A DNA stretch of 64,000 nt, taken from a bacterium (lineage in GTDB: Bacteria > Verrucomicrobiota > Kiritimatiellia > RFP12 > UBA1067). The translations under genes were made by a program, and so were the position numbers. Location: contig JANYBJ010000015.1 of the NCBI GenBank assembly GCA_025360845.1, positions 2,360 to 66,359 of the forward strand, given 5' to 3'. Position 1 is the stretch's first letter. Every line of letters starts with the position of its first letter. Under the pieces are notes generated by a model that saw only the letters and a program-made list of their open reading frames with translations, searched no databases and was not told the DNA's origin. Positions 8,575-17,888 of this stretch are shown one piece after another.

Positions 8575-11500
8575 ATGATCCGAACAGGAGTTGTGTCGTC
8601 CGCGCTCGTCGTCCTCGGCTTGGCAGTCGCCTCGGCCACGCCGACTGAGAATCTCAGTTTCCGCGTCCTGCCCGCCCCGGCGAAAATGGCCGTGGACGGC
8701 AAAACCGACGACTGGGATTTGTCGGCGGGAATCTTCGCGTGCGACGACGCGGAGGCCCAGCGCGACCACTATGCCGTCTGGCTCCACGCGCAGTACGACG
8801 CGGAGTATTTCTATCTCCTCGCCCGCTGGATTGACGGCACGCCGATCAACAACCCCGGCCAAACCGTCGCCGATTACGGGTTCGCGGGCGACTGCCTGCA
8901 GTTCCGCACCCTCACCGCGGCGGGCACGCCGCAGGAGCGCGGGCAGCATTTCACCGCGTGGCGCGGGGTCGACGGCGCGGACGTGATCAAGATCGAGCAG
9001 GGCAAGGATTTCAAAGAGGGCATCGTGGAGGACGCGAAGAAAACGGACGGCGCGAGGCAGGCCTTCACGGTCAGCGCGGACGGTCAGGGCTATGTGCAGG
9101 AAATCGCGATTCCGTGGAAGCTGCTCACGCGCGACGGCCAGCCGCTCAAGGCGGGAGGCTCGCTCACGCTGACATTCGAGCCCAACTTCACCATCGGCGC
9201 AAAGGGGCGGGCCTCGGCGAAGGAGCTGTTTAAGCCCGGTCCCCCTCCCGACCGCGTCTTCACCTTCATGGCGAGCGCGTGCTGGGGCACGGCCACCCTC
9301 GAAGCCAAGGGCAATGTGAAGCCGCAGCCGGTGCGCCTCGCCGACGCGCGCGAGTTCGCCGTCAAGATGGAGAAGGGCGTGCCGGAGGTGGATTGGACGG
9401 GCCTGATCAAGACGAAGGAGCTGGCCGGCTTCAAGCCCGTTTCCTTCACGATGCCGGCGGACGGCTACCTCTCCCTGAACATCCAGAACGCCGACGGCCA
9501 GGTTGTGCGGCAACTTCTCAACGCCGCGTTTTTCACCAAGGGCAAACATACCGTGAACTGGGACGGCCTCACGACGCCGTCGTGGACGCGCCCCGGCGAG
9601 CCGGTGCCGCCCGGCGAATACCGCTGGAACGCGCTCACGCACACCGGCATCGGGCTCAAGCTGCGCGGCTGGGCCGCCAACGGCGGAGAAGCGCCGTGGG
9701 ACAGCGCGGACGGCAAGGGCAACTGGGGCGGCGACCACGGCTTGCCGGTTGCCGTGGCCACGGACGAGCAGCACGTCTATTTGGGCTGGAACGGCGCGGA
9801 GGCGGGCAAGGCGGTGCTCGCGTGCGACCTCGAGGGCCGCGTCCAGTGGAGCAACAATCGCGGCGGCATGGCGGGCGTAAAAGCGCTGGCGGCCGATGCG
9901 GGCGTGCTCTACGTGCTCGGCGGCAACATCGGCGCGGACTCCGACGGGGCCAACCTCTACAAGCTGAACGCCAAAGACGGCAGCTACCTGAAGTGGGAAG
10001 GCACCGACAGCGCCGACGTGAAAATCAAAGCGCTCTGGGCGCCTGAGGCCGCAACCAAGCCAGAGAAAGCCGACAGCCTCGTTTTCAAAGCCGGCAAGCT
10101 TTGTCTCGCCTTTAACAAAGAGGAACTGCTCGCGGAGCTGGATCCCAAAACCGGGAAGCTGCTGCAGACCCAAGCCGCGCCCGGCACGAAAGACCGGAAG
10201 GACGTCGCGGAGCTGGTCACGGCGGACGGACGGGTGTTTCTCGGCCAAGGCGATCCCGACAACCAGGTGCTGGTCAAAAAAGGAAATGAAACGCTCCTGA
10301 CGATTGGCCGCAAAGGCGGACGCGCGCTGCTCGGCCCCTGGCAGGCGGACGGCCTGCGCTTCATCAAGAGCATGGCCGTGGACGCGGCGGGCAAGCTCTG
10401 GGTGGTGGAGGCCGACGGCGTGCCCAAGCGCGTCAGCGTCTGGGACACGAAGACGGGCAAGCTCCTGAAGGAGTTCTTCGGCCCCAGCAGCTACGGCGCG
10501 CTCGGCGGCGCGATCTGCCCGACCGACCCGGATGTGATGGTCGGCCAAGGGTGCGAGTGGCGGCTCGATCCGCAGACCGGACGCGCCCGCTGCACGGCCG
10601 TCATCACCCGCGACGGCATGGAGAACGCGCGTTTCGGTGTGGGCGCGAACGGCCGCGTCTATCTCGCCGTCGCCGGCAACTGGGCCTTCAACACCGGGCC
10701 GCTGAGAATCTACGAGCGCCTCGGCGACGCGCAGTATCAGCTCCGCACCATGATCTTCTATGCCGACAAGGAAGGTCAAGAGCTGCCGGTCAGCGGGCAC
10801 GGCGAGACCGGCAAAGCCGCGCGCACCATGGTTTGGTCAGACGCGAACGGCGACGGCCAGCGCCAAGCGGACGAGACGGCAGGGACCGACGGCGAACTGC
10901 GCTTCAGCGCATGGTACATGAGCGCCACGCCGGACCTCACCCTCTACAGCGGGACCAATCAGTTCAAGGTCGCGGGCTTCACCGCGTGCGGAGCGCCGAA
11001 ATACGAATTGTCGCAGCCAACGAAGATGCCTCTCGGCGGGCTCGGCAGCGCGGACGGCCGCCTGGTCTTGTGCGGCGGCGACTACGGCGAGACGCACACG
11101 CTCCTGACCTGCGCCGAGATCGCCGCGGGACGGAAGCTGTGGACCTACCCGGACAATTTCAACGGCGTCCACGGCTCGCATAACGCCTGCCCGCAGACCG
11201 TCGGGATGATCCGCGGCTCGTTCGGCCCGTGCGGCGCGGCGAAGCTGCCGAAGCCCGTGGGCAACATCTGGGTCATCTCGACCAACGTCGGGGAGTGGCA
11301 CATCCTCACCGAAGAGGGCTTCTATCTCACGAGCCTGTTCGAGGGCGACCCGATGAAAGTGAAGTGGCCGGACGCCGCCGTTCCCGGCGCGGACATGACG
11401 CACTGCCCGCCCGGCATGGGCGGCGAAGATTTCGGCGGCAGCATTGCGCAAAGCCCCGACGGCAAGCTCTATGTCCAGGCGGGCAAGACCGCGTTCTGGA

Positions 11501-12318
11501 ATCTCGAAGTGACGGGCCTCGACAGCGTGAAGGCCCTTTCCGGCAAGGGCCTGGAGGTTTCAGACAAGGACGTGGTCCAGGCGCGGAAGCTGCGCGAGCA
11601 GCTGCTGCAGGCCGCAGTCGGCACCCGGCGCATGACCGTGAAAAAGCTCACCGCAGCCATGACCGGCGACGTCGAGAAAGACTTCGCCGGCGCGGAAGTC
11701 ATCCGCTTCCAAAAGGCCGACGACGCGACGGTCCGCAGCGCCGCCGCATGGGACGGCCAGAACCTCTATCTGGCCTGGGACGTGCGCGACAAAACGCCCT
11801 GGGTGAACGGCGCGGAGCAGCCGGAGAGCCTGTATCTCGGCGGCGACACGGTGGACTTCCAGCTGGGCACAGACGCCAAGGCCGACGTGAAGCGCGACAC
11901 CGCCGCGCCGGGCGATGTGCGCGTGAGCATCGGCAATTTCAAAGGCACGCCCACGGCCGTGATATTCCGCCCTGTGGCGGATAAGACAAAGGCCCGCAGC
12001 CCCAAGACCTTCAGCTCGGGCGTCGTCAAGGAATACGTCGTCGCCGACGTGCGGGTGCTGGCCGAAGCGCAGATCAAGCTCACCCAGCGCAACGACGGCT
12101 ATGTGGTCGAGGCCGTCATCCCCTTTGCGGCGCTGGAGTGTACGCCCGCTGGCGGGCAAACGCTGCGCGGGGATTTCGGCGCGACCTACGGCGACCCCGC
12201 CGGCCAGCGCACGCGCCTTCGCTCCTACTGGAACAACCAGCACACCGGCATCGTGGACGACGCCGTCTTCGAGTTGATGCTGGAGCCGAAGAACTGGGGC
12301 GAGCTGATCTTTCAGTGA
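8575..12318 (+). CDS. Giant secreted protein (1247 aa) with N- and C-terminal CBM9/DOMON-like modules and central beta-propeller-like repeats
   Basis: RBS 'aggag' at 8564-8568 then ATG 8575; signal peptide 'VVSSALVVLGLAVASA'; 'DGKTDDWD...YFYLLARW' near N-terminus and 'AAWDGQNLYLAWDVRDKTPW' near C-terminus resemble CBM9-like folds; repeated 'W.V.ADG'/'YLAVAGN' strands. Confidence 0.75.
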   Translation: MIRTGVVSSALVVLGLAVASATPTENLSFRVLPAPAKMAVDGKTDDWDLSAGIFACDDAEAQRDHYAVWLHAQYDAEYFYLLARWIDGTPINNPGQTVADYGFAGDCLQFRTLTAAGTPQERGQHFTAWRGVDGADVIKIEQGKDFKEGIVEDAKKTDGARQAFTVSADGQGYVQEIAIPWKLLTRDGQPLKAGGSLTLTFEPNFTIGAKGRASAKELFKPGPPPDRVFTFMASACWGTATLEAKGNVKPQPVRLADAREFAVKMEKGVPEVDWTGLIKTKELAGFKPVSFTMPADGYLSLNIQNADGQVVRQLLNAAFFTKGKHTVNWDGLTTPSWTRPGEPVPPGEYRWNALTHTGIGLKLRGWAANGGEAPWDSADGKGNWGGDHGLPVAVATDEQHVYLGWNGAEAGKAVLACDLEGRVQWSNNRGGMAGVKALAADAGVLYVLGGNIGADSDGANLYKLNAKDGSYLKWEGTDSADVKIKALWAPEAATKPEKADSLVFKAGKLCLAFNKEELLAELDPKTGKLLQTQAAPGTKDRKDVAELVTADGRVFLGQGDPDNQVLVKKGNETLLTIGRKGGRALLGPWQADGLRFIKSMAVDAAGKLWVVEADGVPKRVSVWDTKTGKLLKEFFGPSSYGALGGAICPTDPDVMVGQGCEWRLDPQTGRARCTAVITRDGMENARFGVGANGRVYLAVAGNWAFNTGPLRIYERLGDAQYQLRTMIFYADKEGQELPVSGHGETGKAARTMVWSDANGDGQRQADETAGTDGELRFSAWYMSATPDLTLYSGTNQFKVAGFTACGAPKYELSQPTKMPLGGLGSADGRLVLCGGDYGETHTLLTCAEIAAGRKLWTYPDNFNGVHGSHNACPQTVGMIRGSFGPCGAAKLPKPVGNIWVISTNVGEWHILTEEGFYLTSLFEGDPMKVKWPDAAVPGADMTHCPPGMGGEDFGGSIAQSPDGKLYVQAGKTAFWNLEVTGLDSVKALSGKGLEVSDKDVVQARKLREQLLQAAVGTRRMTVKKLTAAMTGDVEKDFAGAEVIRFQKADDATVRSAAAWDGQNLYLAWDVRDKTPWVNGAEQPESLYLGGDTVDFQLGTDAKADVKRDTAAPGDVRVSIGNFKGTPTAVIFRPVADKTKARSPKTFSSGVVKEYVVADVRVLAEAQIKLTQRNDGYVVEAVIPFAALECTPAGGQTLRGDFGATYGDPAGQRTRLRSYWNNQHTGIVDDAVFELMLEPKNWGELIFQ

Positions 12319-12348
12319 AGCGGCGCGTTGTTCATTGTGTCTCTTTCC

Positions 12349-12427
12349 GGTAGGGACGGTTCCCCGAACCGTCCGCCGGTCACCGTGTGCAATGCCCTGC
12401 GGACGCCGCGGGGATGCGTCCCTACCG
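12349..12427. repeat. GC-rich REP-like palindromic element (GTAGGGACG...CGTCCCTAC family), variant with internal spacer
   Basis: 'GGTAGGGACGGTTCCCCGAACCGTCC...GGACGCCGCGGGGATGCGTCCCTACCG'; outer inverted repeat plus inner hairpins; related copies at 27531, 49960-50180, 62561. Confidence 0.7.
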
Positions 12428-12537
12428 TTCATTGCGGCTTTTGCCGACTGCCGATTCTTGGGTCGGCAAACAATAGCCATAAAGTCCACATTTAAATCGC
12501 GCTTGTAACGTATACCGATATCATATACAGCAAAACC

Positions 12538-12837
12538 ATGACTGATGTGGCTACAGTACCAGACTTTGAGGGTTTCGACTGGAGCAGAGGCAATGCCGAG
12601 AAGAACTGGGAGAAGCATCGAGTGACTCCTGTGGAAGTTGAGCAGGTGTTCTTTAACTCACCTCTTTTGGCCAGCGCCGATCACGCGCATTCCCAAAGCG
12701 AAAAGCGCTTTTTTGTCCTGGGTCAGACGGACGGCGGCCGCGAGCTGTTCGTTGCGTTCGTAATACGGACCAAGCGCATACGCATAGTATCCGCCCGCGA
12801 CATGCGCAGGCAGGAGCGAAGGAGTTACAGATCATGA
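12538..12837 (+). CDS. brnT: BrnT-family (DUF497) ribonuclease toxin of type II TA system
   Basis: 99 aa; 'FDWSRGNAEKNWEKHRV...VEQVFFN...FVLGQT..GRELFVAFVIR...IRIVSARDM' matches the BrnT/DUF497 pattern; 4-bp ATGA overlap with downstream antitoxin. Confidence 0.75.
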   Translation: MTDVATVPDFEGFDWSRGNAEKNWEKHRVTPVEVEQVFFNSPLLASADHAHSQSEKRFFVLGQTDGGRELFVAFVIRTKRIRIVSARDMRRQERRSYRS

Positions 12838-13136
12838 AAAAACAAAAAGTACCAACGTTCAAGGCGGAAGATGAGGAGAGGGAGTTTTGGGCCACCCACG
12901 ACTCCACGGACCTAATTGATTGGTCAAAGGCTAAGCGGACAGTCTTTCCAAATCTCAAACCCTCGACAAAAACCATTTCCTTGCGTTTGCCGGAGTCGAT
13001 TATTGCGGCGCTCAAAGTGATGGCGAACAAACGCGATGTGCCTTATCAATCCTTGCTCAAGGTCTTTCTGGCCGAGCGGGTTGAGGCGGAGTTGCGTCAA
13101 GGCCGTGTAAAACCCGCATTGGTCAGCTGTAAATGA
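12834..13136 (+). CDS. brnA: BrnA-family antitoxin (CopG/RHH-like)
   Basis: 100 aa; 'DEEREFWATHDSTDLIDWSKA....ISLRLPESIIAALKVMANKRDVPYQSLLKVFLAERV' is the typical BrnA pattern; start overlaps brnT stop. Confidence 0.75.
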   Translation: MKKQKVPTFKAEDEEREFWATHDSTDLIDWSKAKRTVFPNLKPSTKTISLRLPESIIAALKVMANKRDVPYQSLLKVFLAERVEAELRQGRVKPALVSCK

Positions 13137-13278
13137 AACACGTCTCCACAATCTATCTCATTTTCTGTTCGCTCTTCTTCACCTCTACCATGCGGTCTTG
13201 CCCTTGCTTTTGTGTTGAAAATCAGTCCTTTGCATCCCAGTTTGACATGATGCCATCACATGATGTATTGTCATCAAC

Positions 13279-13533
13279 ATGAAAACGCTTGCGACAGTTG
13301 TGACCGACCGGGGTCAGGTATCGATCCCGGCAGAGATCCGGAAGCAGATGAAGCTGCTGTCCGGACAACGGATCGTTTGGGAGTTGACCTCTCTCACAGA
13401 GTGTAGAATCACGCTACCCCCCGCCAAGCGGCCTCACGGCGCGGTCGCGATGCTGGGTTACGCATCGACCTTCCGGCGTACGCGGAGGACCAAGGAGTGG
13501 ATGGCCGAGCTTCGCGAGGGGGAAAAAACATGA
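13279..13533 (+). CDS. vapB: AbrB/MazE/SpoVT-fold antitoxin (VapB-like)
   Basis: 84 aa; N-terminal 'TDRGQVSIPAEIRKQMKL..GQRIVWEL' swapped-hairpin antitoxin motif; stop overlaps the downstream PIN gene start (ATGA). Confidence 0.65.
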   Translation: MKTLATVVTDRGQVSIPAEIRKQMKLLSGQRIVWELTSLTECRITLPPAKRPHGAVAMLGYASTFRRTRRTKEWMAELREGEKT

Positions 13534-13943
13534 GCTGGGTCGTAGACACCTGCCTCATTATCGACGTGCTGGAGAACGATCCCGAGTTCGGCGAACCTTC
13601 GGCTCGCCTGATCGACCGCATGTCGAAAGACGGGCTGACGCTCTGCCCGGTGAGCTATGTCGAACTCGCGCCCGCCTTTCTGGGCGACAGGCATCGGCAA
13701 AACGACTTCCTGTCGGCGATCGGGATCGATTACGCCGATCCTTGGGATTGGCCTGCCACGCAACTTGCCCATCAGGCGTGGCACCGGCAGGTGGCGCTCC
13801 GGCGCGAGAGGAAATCGGCCCGGCGACCTGTGGCTGATATCCTGATCGGCGCGTTTGCCGCTGTCCGGACAGGATTGCTTACCCGCAATCCGGACGACTT
13901 CAAGCGCGCCTTCTCCTCCCTCAGGGTCAAGACGCCCGCGTGA
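13530..13943 (+). CDS. vapC: PIN-domain ribonuclease toxin (VapC-like)
   Basis: 'WVVDTCLIIDVLENDPEF' (first acidic PIN residue), '...DILIGAFAA...LLTRNPDDF' later PIN acidic residues; ATG at 13530 overlaps vapB stop. Confidence 0.7.
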   Translation: MSWVVDTCLIIDVLENDPEFGEPSARLIDRMSKDGLTLCPVSYVELAPAFLGDRHRQNDFLSAIGIDYADPWDWPATQLAHQAWHRQVALRRERKSARRPVADILIGAFAAVRTGLLTRNPDDFKRAFSSLRVKTPA

Positions 13944-14001
13944 CACATGTCGTAGGTGTATGGAGGGCTGAAGTGACCGCAAACGTTTCGAAAGGACAAC
14001 C

Positions 14002-16929
14002 ATGAAAGCTCCGGGATTCCTTCTTGCCACAACCCTTCTTATCTCGAACCTCGCTTTGCCGGTCCTTGCCCAGATGACCACGGGCTCGGACATGGAGGAT
14101 TTCGCGAAGGCCTTCGGCATCGCGGCCAAGGGCTGGACCGTGCAGCAGACGGCGTGCAGCCTCGGCGCGAATGCGCTCTGGCCGGGAGAAGAGGCCGAGT
14201 TCACCTTCTTCCTCAAGCCGGGACAGCCGTTCAAGGGGCCGCTGAAGGTGGACGTGGTTCAATACGGCACCAAGGGCAAGCCCGGCGACTGGTGGAAGCC
14301 GGTCGTGTTCAAAATCGCCGACACCGGTTCCTCAGCGTTGGACGTGGACCTGCCGGCGGAGGGCGGGTTCGTGACGGTGAAGCCGAAGATCGGCGACACC
14401 TTTGGCGGCTACGCCCTCGTCTTCGATCTGGGTGAGCGCGGCCGCGAGTTCGCCTGCACCTGCGTCCGCGTGCCTGCTCCCGAGCCGGGCCGCGTCTGGC
14501 TGCCGACTTACGCGATGGATCTCGGCTGGCCGCACGAGCTGTCGCCCGTGGTCTTCAATGTCTTCAAGCGGCTCGGCGTGAAGGGCGCGCGCACCGAAGG
14601 CGGCTACAACACCATCCGCGACGCCCACGTCGATTGGGCGATGGCGAACGACCTCACGCTCATGCTCACGGTGGGCTGCGGAGGCACGCCGCGCGAACAG
14701 ATGCCGCTCGGACGCGGGCGGCCCTGGCTGCGCGAGAACGGCGAGCTGATCGAAGGGAACAAGGAAGACCTGGCCTGGCTGCCTTCGTTCGATCCGGAGT
14801 TCAAACGCTATCTCAAGGAGGTGCTCATGCAGCACGGCTGGCCCAAAGGCCCCGTCAACGCGGTCGAGCTGTGGAACGAGCCTTGGGAAGGCCTCTCCAT
14901 CTCGGGCTGGGCCGCCGACATTCCGCGCTACCGCGAACTCTACAAGGTCATGGCCGAGGCCGTCCTCGAAGCGCGTCAGGAAGCCGGAGTGAAGGTGCTC
15001 ATCGGCGGCGCCTGCTCCTCGGCGAACACCCGCGACAAGCTCTTCTGCGACGGCACCGACACGTTCCTGCCGTGGCTCGATTTCGTGAGCATCCACTACC
15101 AGCCGCTGGCCGCCGACCCCGCGCTGGAGCCCACATGGATGAACCGCCAGGGTGAATACGGCCGCGTGAAGGTGTGGGACACCGAAAGCTGGGTGGCCAA
15201 CTCGGACGACCGCGTGGCGGGGGTGCTCGCCTCCATGCGTGCGATGGGACAGGACCGCACGGCGGGCATCTATGCCGGCAACGTGTTCACGTCGCAGAAG
15301 CCGACGATCAGCGGCAAGGAATACGCCGTGGCGCAGGTCTGGGCCGCGGGCGCGGCGGTGGCGGGCTGCCAGAAATTCATCGGCCAACGGGCCTTCAGGG
15401 AGATCCTGTTCAAGAACGGCTTGCCGTGGGTCTTTGTCTTCGACGGCTTGCCCGGTCTGGTCGGCGGCGAGCGCACGGGGCCCGTCAATCCCGACGACGG
15501 CACCGTGGTCGTCGTCGGCGACCTCGCCTCCAGCTACGACCGGAACCTCACGCTCTTCCGCTCGGTGGGTCTGGCCGCGAACGCGCAGATGGAACTCCCC
15601 GATGGCAACGGCCAGTTCGCGCTTCACGATTTCTACGCGAACCCGGTTCCGGCGAAGGCCGGCAAAATCGCCGTGCCGCTGAATGACCGGGGCTATTTCG
15701 TGAGGTCCGGCGGCCGCCCCGGCTCGTTCAAGAAGCTGCTCGCGGCTCTTGCCGAGGCGAAGGTCACAGGCCTGGAGCCGGTGGAGATCGTGGCGCACGA
15801 TTTCACCGCGCCTATTTCGGCGAAACCCGCCGTGAAGGTCAAGGTCACCAACGTCCTCAACCGGCGCGTGAGCGGTCGCTTCAGCGTACATGTGGCTGGT
15901 TTGGACATGCTGCCAGCCGAACAGACGCTGGCCCTTGAAGCCCACGAGACACGCATCCTCAACGTCGCCGTGGCCAAAGGCACTCCCGCGCCCGACAACA
16001 CCTACAAGCTGCTCGCCACGTTCGACGGCGGCGCGGACGGCACGAAGAAGCACGCCGAAATGATACACGTGAACGTCATCGCCAAACGCACCGTGGCTGT
16101 GGACGGCAACTTGGACGACTGGCGCGGGGTCATCCCGCAGACCGATGCCAAGACGGTGGGCGCGAACCAGGCCGAGAAGGCGTACCTGCCGTTCCAAAAC
16201 TGGGATCGCCCAAGCGGCGGCGGGGCGGTCACGGCTTGGCTGGCGTACGACGAGAGGTTTTTTTACTTCGCCGCCGAGGTGCCGCAGATGGACGGGCTTA
16301 TCCGTTACGAGACGCGCAACGACGACGATTTCTTCTACCCGGCGAAAGTCACGGACAAGGGCAAGGAGCTGACCTGGCCCGAGGGCGTGCGCCGCTTCTC
16401 CTACCGCAAGGATTTCGACGTGCCGTCCGGCAACGGCAAGCACAACGTGCAGATCGCCTTCAACGCGGTCCCGCCGGAGGAGAAGCCGCATCTCCAGTTT
16501 CCCGCCGGGACCATGCCGCGCTTCTGCGCCTATTTCGACACGGACTACGAGTTCGCGCTGAACAAGGTGGGCGAGGCCAGCGGCGGCGGCACGGAAATCT
16601 TTTGCCTCCAGCGGCCAGGCATGACGCGCAAGCACTTCTTCCCGCGCCAGCCCAAGGCGCCGGTGGACGGCGGGCCGGTGAAGGGCGAGGCGAAGCTCGC
16701 GGTGAAAGACAACGTCGTCGAGTGCGCGCTGCCGTGGAGCGAGCTGCCGGAAGTCAAGAAGCGCCTCGACGCGGGCCAGACGGTGAAGTTCAGCTTCCGC
16801 GTGAACAACGGCGGCGACGCCTTCGAGCTGGCCGCCGGCCGCAGCGCATCCAAGCAGAACCCGCTGACCTTCCACAACGACTGGGCCACCCACTGGTCCA
16901 ATGAACTTGAGTTTGGCTTTGAACGTTGA
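14002..16929 (+). CDS. Secreted glycoside hydrolase, clan GH-A (beta/alpha)8 with C-terminal CBM9/DOMON-like module
   Basis: ATG 14002 after 'aaaggacaacc'; signal peptide 'LLATTLLISNLALPVLA'; 'VELWNEPWEG' is the clan GH-A acid/base N-E-P strand-4 motif; C-terminal 'VDGNLDDWRGV...WLAYDERFFYFAAEV' CBM9-like. Confidence 0.75.
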   Translation: MKAPGFLLATTLLISNLALPVLAQMTTGSDMEDFAKAFGIAAKGWTVQQTACSLGANALWPGEEAEFTFFLKPGQPFKGPLKVDVVQYGTKGKPGDWWKPVVFKIADTGSSALDVDLPAEGGFVTVKPKIGDTFGGYALVFDLGERGREFACTCVRVPAPEPGRVWLPTYAMDLGWPHELSPVVFNVFKRLGVKGARTEGGYNTIRDAHVDWAMANDLTLMLTVGCGGTPREQMPLGRGRPWLRENGELIEGNKEDLAWLPSFDPEFKRYLKEVLMQHGWPKGPVNAVELWNEPWEGLSISGWAADIPRYRELYKVMAEAVLEARQEAGVKVLIGGACSSANTRDKLFCDGTDTFLPWLDFVSIHYQPLAADPALEPTWMNRQGEYGRVKVWDTESWVANSDDRVAGVLASMRAMGQDRTAGIYAGNVFTSQKPTISGKEYAVAQVWAAGAAVAGCQKFIGQRAFREILFKNGLPWVFVFDGLPGLVGGERTGPVNPDDGTVVVVGDLASSYDRNLTLFRSVGLAANAQMELPDGNGQFALHDFYANPVPAKAGKIAVPLNDRGYFVRSGGRPGSFKKLLAALAEAKVTGLEPVEIVAHDFTAPISAKPAVKVKVTNVLNRRVSGRFSVHVAGLDMLPAEQTLALEAHETRILNVAVAKGTPAPDNTYKLLATFDGGADGTKKHAEMIHVNVIAKRTVAVDGNLDDWRGVIPQTDAKTVGANQAEKAYLPFQNWDRPSGGGAVTAWLAYDERFFYFAAEVPQMDGLIRYETRNDDDFFYPAKVTDKGKELTWPEGVRRFSYRKDFDVPSGNGKHNVQIAFNAVPPEEKPHLQFPAGTMPRFCAYFDTDYEFALNKVGEASGGGTEIFCLQRPGMTRKHFFPRQPKAPVDGGPVKGEAKLAVKDNVVECALPWSELPEVKKRLDAGQTVKFSFRVNNGGDAFELAAGRSASKQNPLTFHNDWATHWSNELEFGFER

Positions 16930-16943
16930 GATAACCGCTCGGT

Positions 16944-17888
16944 TTAGGCCCACGAGGTGTCGACCTTCATCCGGTGTTGCTTCAGGTGAAGGGTCGCGCC
17001 TTTGATGATGACCTTTTCGTCTTCGCGACGCAGATCCAGCGGCTCGCCGATCCACACGGTCCAACCCCGTGTTGCGGCACGCGCGTACAGGTGTTCAAGC
17101 GTATCGGTGAAGCGCTCCTGTCCGCGCCAGAACGGCAAGGGGCCGAGCCTGTAGATCAGCGGCGCGGGGGTTACGGATTTGAGTGCGGGGCCGTAATCGT
17201 TGAATCCCGCCTGCGGCACGCCGTAAAACCCGTCGCGTGTCAAAGGCCCCCCGCCCGCCCCGTTTGAAAGCGACACCTCCGGGGACTCGACCTCCTCTTC
17301 CTCTTGCAGCGCCGCTTCGCCGAGCAGGTCCGCCCGGGTGATTCCCCTCAACTCCAACAGCAGGAGCGGGTTCTTGGTGATCGCCTCGCCGAGGAGGTAA
17401 TAGACCGCCGCCAAATGCTTGCACGGATTCGCGTAGTCCGGGCAGGAGCAGCGGCTGGCGAGGTCGTTCTCGCGTTTCGGAAAGAGCGGACAACCCGCGG
17501 CCTTGAAGAGTGCCTCGACCTCGAAGGGGAAGTCCGAAACCAACAGCCGCGCGATCACCATGGGCCGCAGCCTCAACGCCTGGATCAAGCGGGCCTTGAC
17601 CTCGTCCGCCACCGAGCGGAAACAGATGACGCTCTCGTACGGCTCTTTGTTCGACCCCTGCACCGCCGCCACCACCTGACCTGGACGAATGGAAAGCGAA
17701 GAGACCTGGCCGGAGACCGCATAGTTGCGCCCCCTACCCAGCCGCGCTCCGAGACGGAAATTCTCGAGGACTTCCGTCCAGCGGCGGCTCCACCACACGC
17801 GCAGGTTTCCCGCGTGCGGATTCTGCGCGCGGATGCCACCCTTGACGTTCAGCGGCGTCCGTTGCGCATATCTTTTTTTCTTACCCAT
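16944..17888 (-). CDS. SWIM zinc-finger domain protein (partner of SNF2 helicase)
   Basis: 'CSCPDYANPCKHLAAVYYLL' = CxCx(n)CxH SWIM signature; ATG at 17888 ('MGKKKRY') overlaps the upstream helicase stop by 8 nt; ORF extends to 17942. Confidence 0.75.
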   Translation of the reverse strand: MGKKKRYAQRTPLNVKGGIRAQNPHAGNLRVWWSRRWTEVLENFRLGARLGRGRNYAVSGQVSSLSIRPGQVVAAVQGSNKEPYESVICFRSVADEVKARLIQALRLRPMVIARLLVSDFPFEVEALFKAAGCPLFPKRENDLASRCSCPDYANPCKHLAAVYYLLGEAITKNPLLLLELRGITRADLLGEAALQEEEEVESPEVSLSNGAGGGPLTRDGFYGVPQAGFNDYGPALKSVTPAPLIYRLGPLPFWRGQERFTDTLEHLYARAATRGWTVWIGEPLDLRREDEKVIIKGATLHLKQHRMKVDTSWA

